Shown: positions 58,190 through 64,000 of the stretch, one piece after another
How positions within the stretch are numbered: position 1 is the first letter of the stretch
Layout: the number at the start of each line of letters is the position of its first letter
Source of the DNA: Candidatus Spongiisociaceae bacterium
Lineage (GTDB): Bacteria > Actinomycetota > Acidimicrobiia > Spongiisociales > Spongiisociaceae
Assembly (NCBI GenBank): GCA_965202675.1
Contig: OZ241842.1
Span: forward strand, 2,567,074 to 2,631,073
DNA length: 64,000 nt
Direction: 5' to 3'
The notes under the pieces: model-generated
Told to the model about the DNA's origin: nothing
What the model saw: the letters and a program-made list of their open reading frames with translations, nothing else
Database searches by the model: none
Position numbers and translations under genes: made by a program

Positions 58190-59215
58190 CTACCAGCCGG
58201 ACCCGAAGGTAATGATCGAACGGGTGACGGCGCCTTCCCGCAGGTCGTCGAGCGCCTCGTTCACATGGTCGAGGGGGCGGGGATTTTGGACCAGGTGGTC
58301 GGTGGTGATGGCCCCGTTGCGGTGGAGTTCCAGCACCTCTCGGATGTCCCGGGGCGTAAACCCTCTCGAACCGGCCAGGGACGCTTCCCGCCAGATCAAG
58401 CCCATCGGGTCGACCGGGAAAGGGTCGAGGGCGGCGCCCACCGCCGCCACCCGGCAGCCGATCCCGGCGGCCTCGAAGGCCTGGCGGTAGACGGCGGACG
58501 AACCCACGGTCTGGATGATCGCGTCCGGCCCGCCCGGCCCGGCCGCCTCGGTTATGCCGGCAACCGCGCCGCCGCCGCCTCTGACCACCTCATCGGCGCC
58601 CATCCGCACCGCCAGCTCCAGGTTGGCGTCCGAGCGGCTCACCGCGATAACCCGGCAGCCCAGGTAGGCGGCCAGCTGGACGGCGTTGGAGCCGGTCCCG
58701 CCCACGCCCATCACCACCACCGTCTCCCCGGCCCGCACCCGGGCGATGCGCACCAGGGCGTGGTAGGGGGTGGCCACCGCGTCGGTAAGCACCGCCACCG
58801 CGGCCGGGTCGTCCGTCTCCTCGACGGGTATCACGCACCGGGCGGGGAGGACGACCTTCTCGGCGAACCCGCCGTTGAACTCGACGCCCATCCGGCGCGC
58901 GCCCAGGCACATGTTGACCCGACCCGCCCGGCACTGCCCGCAATCGCCGCAGTGGTCGATGTAGTAGAGAGCCGCCGGGGTGCCCGGCTCGACCGATTCC
59001 ACCCCCGGACCGACCGCCGACACCACGCCGGCCGCCTCGTGGCCCGGCGCCACCGGCAGGGCTGATCCGAAGCCGCCGTCCTGGAGGAACAGGTCGCTTC
59101 CGCACACGCCGCAGGCCCGGACGTCGACCGTCACCTGGCCGGGGCCGGGGATCGGGTCGGCCATCTCCGTCAGTTCCAGCGGACGGCCGTAGCCGGTCAG
59201 TACGGCGGCCCGCAC
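58190..59215 (-). CDS. zinc-dependent alcohol dehydrogenase (MDR family)
   Basis: CGVCGSD, GHE, CGDCGQC..C structural Zn site, GVGGTG. Confidence 0.92.
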   Translation of the reverse strand: MRAAVLTGYGRPLELTEMADPIPGPGQVTVDVRACGVCGSDLFLQDGGFGSALPVAPGHEAAGVVSAVGPGVESVEPGTPAALYYIDHCGDCGQCRAGRVNMCLGARRMGVEFNGGFAEKVVLPARCVIPVEETDDPAAVAVLTDAVATPYHALVRIARVRAGETVVVMGVGGTGSNAVQLAAYLGCRVIAVSRSDANLELAVRMGADEVVRGGGGAVAGITEAAGPGGPDAIIQTVGSSAVYRQAFEAAGIGCRVAAVGAALDPFPVDPMGLIWREASLAGSRGFTPRDIREVLELHRNGAITTDHLVQNPRPLDHVNEALDDLREGAVTRSIITFGSGW

Positions 59216-59258
59216 CCGGTCGGCCTGCCCCCGCTCGACTTGCCGGACCTGCGCCTGA

Positions 59259-60380
59259 TCAGCCCGTGCCCGGCAGCCCCAGCGCCCCCGCCTCGGGCAG
59301 GGGAGGGGCCTCGAAGTTGGAGGATCCGAACACGTCCGGCTTCTTGCGGCCCACCCGGGTGTAGTACTCCTCGGGCGTCTGGGTCGGGTCCTTGAACATC
59401 TGCCAATGGCACTTCTGGCGCACCTCCGGGTCCCGGTCGGTGTCCGGGTACACCGGAGGATCGACCACCCGCACCGGATACCCGAAGCGGTCCATCGGCA
59501 TCTCCTCCATGAGGATGATGCAGTGGGCGCAGTAGAGGCAGACCCCCTTCTGGAAGTGGTTCCACGAGGCCTCCTCCTGGGAAACGCCCCAGTTGTAGGG
59601 GGGCTCCATCCGGGCGGGCGTGCCCTCGATCCAGTCGCCCCGGATGGTGCGCTGGCCCGATCCGCAGGGATCGAAGCGCACGATGAACCGGTCGTCGGTC
59701 TCGATCAGGTCGAAGTCTCCGGTGCGCTCCGGCCCCACCAGATGGCCGCGCATCGACTCGCACGCCACCAGCATCAGGGTTTCCAGGCCCTCGTCCCATG
59801 GGTGCTGGTCGATGTCGAACTTCTGATAGCGCCAGGCAAAGAGGGGCACCAGCACCACCTCGTACATCTCGATGAGTCCTTGGCCGCCGTGGCGTTCCTG
59901 GATCTCCGACATGAGGCCGTAGGTGTGGTCGACGTCACGGTCGTGGGTCTGGCGCCAGGTCTCCTTCATGACCGACAGCGCTTCCAGCGCCTCTTCCGGT
60001 TCCTCGCGGTAGATATGGGACAGCGCCTTCCGCTGCTGCTGCTTGAACAGGTCCCAGTGCTTGTGGGGGATCCATCGGGATCCGTCCGGCAGGGCGATCT
60101 TGTCAACGATGCCGGCGTTGACCGCGGCTACGTCCTCGGCGGAGGCGCCCTTGGTGCGCAGGAAGTTGCTGAGGTCGCTGATCCACTGCCGATACAGGAT
60201 GAAGCAGACGCTGGCCTCGTCCACGAAGTAGTCGGCCAGGGCGGCGGCGTCCTCCCGCCGTCCGCCGCCTATCGCTTCCTGGATCTTCCGGTAGGTGGAG
60301 ATCTTCTGGTCCTGCCAGTCGCCGAGCCGCACCCGGCGGCCCAGCACTTCAGAGAACTCGATTCGGGTTTGGGCAGTGAT
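59259..60380 (-). CDS. hypothetical Cys-motif protein; start uncertain (possible ATC start)
   Basis: Native-looking codon usage; RFDPCGSG, CLYCAHC, KCHW; GGAGG lies 5 nt upstream of an in-frame ATC. Confidence 0.7.
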   Translation of the reverse strand: MTAQTRIEFSEVLGRRVRLGDWQDQKISTYRKIQEAIGGGRREDAAALADYFVDEASVCFILYRQWISDLSNFLRTKGASAEDVAAVNAGIVDKIALPDGSRWIPHKHWDLFKQQQRKALSHIYREEPEEALEALSVMKETWRQTHDRDVDHTYGLMSEIQERHGGQGLIEMYEVVLVPLFAWRYQKFDIDQHPWDEGLETLMLVACESMRGHLVGPERTGDFDLIETDDRFIVRFDPCGSGQRTIRGDWIEGTPARMEPPYNWGVSQEEASWNHFQKGVCLYCAHCIILMEEMPMDRFGYPVRVVDPPVYPDTDRDPEVRQKCHWQMFKDPTQTPEEYYTRVGRKKPDVFGSSNFEAPPLPEAGALGLPGTG

Positions 60381-60562
60381 GGCGGCCTCCTCTTCCTTTT
60401 GGTGAACTTCGGATACGCAACCGGGGCGCTCGGGGGGCGGGGCCGCCCGATTCTCCTGCCTCCATACCCTAACCTGATGAGCCGACCCTGCGGCTTTATC
60501 GGACGGCGGCGGTTCGCCGAAGGGTATCGAGAGGCAGACGGCGAAAGACTGTGGAGGAGGCA

Positions 60563-61978
60563 ATGGACAGGCGGCCGGCGGCGGCGGTGATGATGCCCTA
60601 CTGGCGGTTCTGGGAGAGCGCCGCCGGCGGCCCCGGTTTCCGAAGCGACCGGCAAGATATGCTCGACGAGGCGGCGGCGGCCCTGGCCGGGGCCGGGGTA
60701 GATGTGGTGTGGATGGGCTTGGTCGATTCCCCCGAGGCCGGGGGAGAGGCCGCGAAGAGGGCCGCGGACGCCGGGGCGGAGACGGTGTTGGTGATGCAGT
60801 CGATGGCGGCGCCGCCCGCCTACGCCGTAGCGGCGCTCGATGCCCTGGATGGGCTGCCGGCGGTGGTGTGGGCGGCCCAGCGCCCCCGCACCCTGCGGAC
60901 CGGGTTCGACGAGTCCGACATCACCATGCTGGGCGCCACGGTGGGGGCGCCGATGCTCACCAACGTGCTCGGACGCACGGGGCGGCCCTTCGAGTTGGCG
61001 GTGGGGCGCCCCGGCGATTCTGCCTTCATGGAGCGTCTGGCGGGTGTGCTCACGGCGGCGGCGGCGGCGGGTCGGATCGCCCGCGCCCGCATCGCCCGCG
61101 TCGGCCGGCCCATCCCCGGTTACCACTGTGTGGACGTTGACGACGGGGAGCTGCGGGCGGCCACCGGCATCGAGCTGGTCCCGGTCGATCCGGGGGAGGT
61201 GTACGACCTCTACTGCGGGGTGACCGATGTGTCCGACTTGGAGGACGAGATCGTTGCCGGATTCGACGAAGCGGCGGCGGACAACCGGGGCAGGGTGCCT
61301 TCCCTGCGGTTGGCGGCGGCGATGGAGCGCCTCGACCGGTCCGGCGGATTCGACGCCGGGGCCATGAACTGCCATGTCGAGGAAATCCGGTTCGGCGCCG
61401 ATCCGGGGGTGGCCCCCTGCTACGGGCTGGGCCGCGAGACCACCAGAGGAATCCCTTGGACCTGCTCTGGTGACGTACTGACCGCCGCAGCGATGTTGGT
61501 TGCCGAGCAGCTGGGCGGGGCGGCCCTCTACCACGAGATAGAAGCCATCGACTTCGACACCGACGAGGTGGTGATCGCCAACTCTGGCGAGCACGACCTG
61601 CGGTGGCTTCCGCCCGGCTGCCGCCCCCGGCTGCAGCCCAACCCCTGGTACCGGCAAGACCCTGTGACCGGCCTGAGCGCCTGGTTCGAGCTTCCGCCGG
61701 GCCCGGCCACCCTGGTGGGTTTCACCCCCCACCACGCCGAGCCGAGCGGATTTCGCCTCATCGCCGCCGAAGGCGATATAACCGGACGGTCCTTCCCCGA
61801 CAGCCCCACGGTGGGCGGAGCGTTCCGCTTCTCCGGCGGCGAACCGGTCGGACAGGCCTGGAAACGCTGGGCCGAAGCCGGGGTGAACCACCACAGCGCC
61901 GCCGCGCCCGGACATCTGGCCGACCGCACGGCGGTAGTCGCCCGGTTCCTCGGGATCGGCTTCGTCCGCGTCTCCTGA
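60563..61978 (+). CDS. L-fucose/L-arabinose isomerase-like protein, copy 1
   Basis: GGAGGAGG RBS; AMNCH, CSGDVLTAAAM, NSGEHD, GPATL, GVNHHSA. Confidence 0.7.
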   Translation: MDRRPAAAVMMPYWRFWESAAGGPGFRSDRQDMLDEAAAALAGAGVDVVWMGLVDSPEAGGEAAKRAADAGAETVLVMQSMAAPPAYAVAALDALDGLPAVVWAAQRPRTLRTGFDESDITMLGATVGAPMLTNVLGRTGRPFELAVGRPGDSAFMERLAGVLTAAAAAGRIARARIARVGRPIPGYHCVDVDDGELRAATGIELVPVDPGEVYDLYCGVTDVSDLEDEIVAGFDEAAADNRGRVPSLRLAAAMERLDRSGGFDAGAMNCHVEEIRFGADPGVAPCYGLGRETTRGIPWTCSGDVLTAAAMLVAEQLGGAALYHEIEAIDFDTDEVVIANSGEHDLRWLPPGCRPRLQPNPWYRQDPVTGLSAWFELPPGPATLVGFTPHHAEPSGFRLIAAEGDITGRSFPDSPTVGGAFRFSGGEPVGQAWKRWAEAGVNHHSAAAPGHLADRTAVVARFLGIGFVRVS

Positions 61979-62242
61979 CCGGTTGACGTCCACTGACGGT
62001 TTGACATAGTGACACAGATGTAGTTCAATGGATTTGACAGGTAATCATGCTCTAATCTAATTGTCCACGGGTCAATCTTCAGGGGAAGCTCACTGTATTA
62101 CCCGTATCAACTGTTCTCGTGTGAGTAACTTATCAGGACCGAAGTTGCTTGTTTCCTTCTGTTGTTGTGTTGCCTCGTCAGGCCCCGGACGTGCAGTGCC
62201 GAACTACCCCGCCCAAAGCGGGAGTTTTACTTCGGTTCATCG

Positions 62243-62740
62243 TCATCTGGCGTATTCGAAGGTCAGTGTCCAATCTCTGACTTTGCCATGAATGGTCGCA
62301 TCTACCGTTGGGTAGAAGGTGTCACCGCCTTTCGATACTTCCAGCCATCCGCCTTGTTCACAGGGTTGCTCCTCCTCGCAGTGGAGATTGCCCATAGTGA
62401 TCAGGTAATGGCCCTTGTCGGAATCAGCCGAGAAATTGACGCGGCCTGTAACGAGATAGCGCCATCTGCCGGCTGCCAGGTAGATTGGGTCTAGTATTTG
62501 GTGCCCTCGGCCTGACAGCATGATCGACTCAGGAACCGTCGAGGTCGTGATGGGTGAGGTTGTAACCGGAACCGTCGTGGTAGTCGACGGAACCGTTGTA
62601 GGAGGTGGTTCCTCAATCGGGGGGCCAATCGCTTCTAGAAGACCGCCGCCGCAAGCCGCCGCTGTCAGCAGGACGGCCAGGGTCAACCCGCCGAGGCGTC
62701 CGGTGTTACACAGGGCGCTCTTACGGGTAGCCTTCTTCAC
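62243..62740 (-). CDS. hypothetical lipoprotein with Thr/Pro linker
   Basis: Lipobox LTAAAC, PTTVPSTTTTVPVTT linker; lower-GC region. Confidence 0.65.
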   Translation of the reverse strand: MKKATRKSALCNTGRLGGLTLAVLLTAAACGGGLLEAIGPPIEEPPPTTVPSTTTTVPVTTSPITTSTVPESIMLSGRGHQILDPIYLAAGRWRYLVTGRVNFSADSDKGHYLITMGNLHCEEEQPCEQGGWLEVSKGGDTFYPTVDATIHGKVRDWTLTFEYAR

Positions 62741-62976
62741 TCGGTTTTCAGGGTGTCGCGTAGCTCTGAATCAGCAGACGTTTCAGCAAGCCGCTGCTCC
62801 GAGAGCGACCGGTCCCCGTATCGGACCGCTGTCTTAGCCTGCTTCCGGTCGGCTTTGACAATAAACACTCCCGCCGATTTGTCAGAGATTTGAGGTGTTA
62901 AGACAAACGACGTCAACTGGGATTGCAATGAGAGCCCGGCATCTCGGTTGGCATCAGCGAAAGGGTCGGAACTCAT
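62737..62976 (-). CDS. small hypothetical protein
   Basis: Stop overlaps the downstream start (GTGA); lower GC; no motif recognised. Confidence 0.3.
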   Translation of the reverse strand: MSSDPFADANRDAGLSLQSQLTSFVLTPQISDKSAGVFIVKADRKQAKTAVRYGDRSLSEQRLAETSADSELRDTLKTE

Positions 62977-63172
62977 GATGTCCCTGGGGAATTATGTTTG
63001 TTCTTGAAGGCACCACATATTGGAGTTCAGGAAGGCGGGGTTCCTCTTCCGCGCCTGCTGGTTCGTTATCAGGCTGAATAGGCAACAACCGCAGCTCATA
63101 GCGAGCCTCATGCAGTTTGACAAGGTTCATCCTGATGTTCACGGTGACCTCGGGCATGGTGACCTCGGGCAT
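62954..63172 (-). CDS. small hypothetical protein starting with duplicated MPEVT
   Basis: GGAG RBS upstream; exact 15-bp tandem repeat GGTGACCTCGGGCAT at 63143-63172. Confidence 0.3.
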   Translation of the reverse strand: MPEVTMPEVTVNIRMNLVKLHEARYELRLLPIQPDNEPAGAEEEPRLPELQYVVPSRTNIIPQGHHEFRPFR

Positions 63173-63256
63173 GAGCGCCGCTCCCTTCCACAATCTCATT
63201 TCAATATACCATAGTCATGGGGTTTCGTCTAGGTGTCTTCGTGCGTCTATCGCTGG

Positions 63257-64000
63257 TCAGACCGCCGTGTAGTCGATGCCGAGGATATCGGCGGCGCTGC
63301 GCAGGGCGTCTCCATGTCGGCCCGGCAGCACCCCCGCGTGGTGGGTGGCGCCCGCCTCGCACCAGCGGGCGAAGCCGTCGGCCACCCCGCCCGAGTCGAA
63401 ACTGAACATCCCATTGGGGCCTTCCATATCGTGGTGTTTGGAGCCGATGATGCGGCCCTCGGCGGCCACCAGCACCCATCCGCCGGTGTGGAGGGGGGTG
63501 AGGCTGATCAGGGTGGCCGGGCCTTCGGGGAGCTCGAAGGCAGCCGCTACCCCCGGCCCGTGATCCCCCAGATAGTGGTCCTCGGGCAACAGGCGCACCG
63601 GGGTGGAGGGAGGCCGGATGGATAGGTCGCCCTCGCCTCCGTTGGCCACCAGCAGCCAGTCGCCGGGGTAGTCCAGCTGGTAGAGCTCGCAGTACAGGGC
63701 CGATCCGGCCAGCTGCTTGCCCAGCGCCAGGGCGGCGGCGGTGGGAAGGTCGCCGGTGCAGGCGAACGGGCGGCCGGCCTCGGCGCAGAGGGCCATGCCC
63801 AGGCAGGCGGTTATCCCCACCTCCGGGTTCCAGCGCAGCGCCTCGCCGTGGCAGTTCACCGCCCCGCCGTCCGCCCCGTGCTCAACGCAGAGCGCCTCCA
63901 TGGCGATGGCCAGGCGGGCCGACCGCTCGAGGATGGTCTGGTCGACCGCCGAGGCGTCATGGCGGCCCCGGAGATCCTCGGCCAGGCGGCGGACCGCTCC
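63257..64000 (-). CDS. L-fucose/L-arabinose isomerase-like protein, copy 2 (5' part beyond the window)
   Basis: AVNCH, CTGDLPTAAAL, ANGGEGD, FELPEGPATL, EAGATHHAG; paralog of 60563-61978. Confidence 0.7.
   Translation of the reverse strand, partial: GAVRRLAEDLRGRHDASAVDQTILERSARLAIAMEALCVEHGADGGAVNCHGEALRWNPEVGITACLGMALCAEAGRPFACTGDLPTAAALALGKQLAGSALYCELYQLDYPGDWLLVANGGEGDLSIRPPSTPVRLLPEDHYLGDHGPGVAAAFELPEGPATLISLTPLHTGGWVLVAAEGRIIGSKHHDMEGPNGMFSFDSGGVADGFARWCEAGATHHAGVLPGRHGDALRSAADILGIDYTAV

Overview
High-GC window, most likely from an actinobacterium of the Acidimicrobiia type. That is inferred from the TEAPA-repeat lipoprotein, the SLH/Calx-beta-like surface protein and the actinobacterial nuo layout. 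1-7930 holds housekeeping genes (ghrA-like, HhH-GPD, proC, Fe-S oxidoreductase, argJ) and an IS481 relic. 7927-13037 is a restriction-modification island with m6A, m5C and m4C methyltransferases and two nuclease genes; the SfiI-like nuclease is frameshifted by an exact 16-bp tandem duplication. 13611-28633 is a complete nuoA-N operon with NuoE and NuoF fused. 28866-34492 encodes a ~1900-aa surface protein whose signal peptide is out of frame at a G10 tract. 34907-58093 is the most unusual part, a catabolic cluster built around a selenoprotein glycine/sarcosine/betaine-reductase-family (Grd) system. The ORF track splits three of its genes at in-frame UGA codons (two GrdB paralogs and GrdA). Each UGA is followed by a SECIS-like hairpin, and the two grdB hairpins show a compensatory base-pair change. 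The GrdB paralogs carry non-canonical UxxGxxS and UxxGxxC motifs. grdD, thioredoxin and the sel genes are not in the window. The cluster also has four amidohydrolase_2 paralogs, two deaminase-like paralogs, a BKACE, a 3-hydroxyacyl-CoA/carnitine-dehydrogenase-like gene, a GcvT-like gene, choline sulfatase and an NMT1/THI5-type ABC importer. A ~60-bp element is shared upstream of grdA and of the Fe-S oxidoreductase gene 53 kb away. No rRNA, tRNA or CRISPR array was seen. All family calls come from motif recognition by eye; no searches were run.
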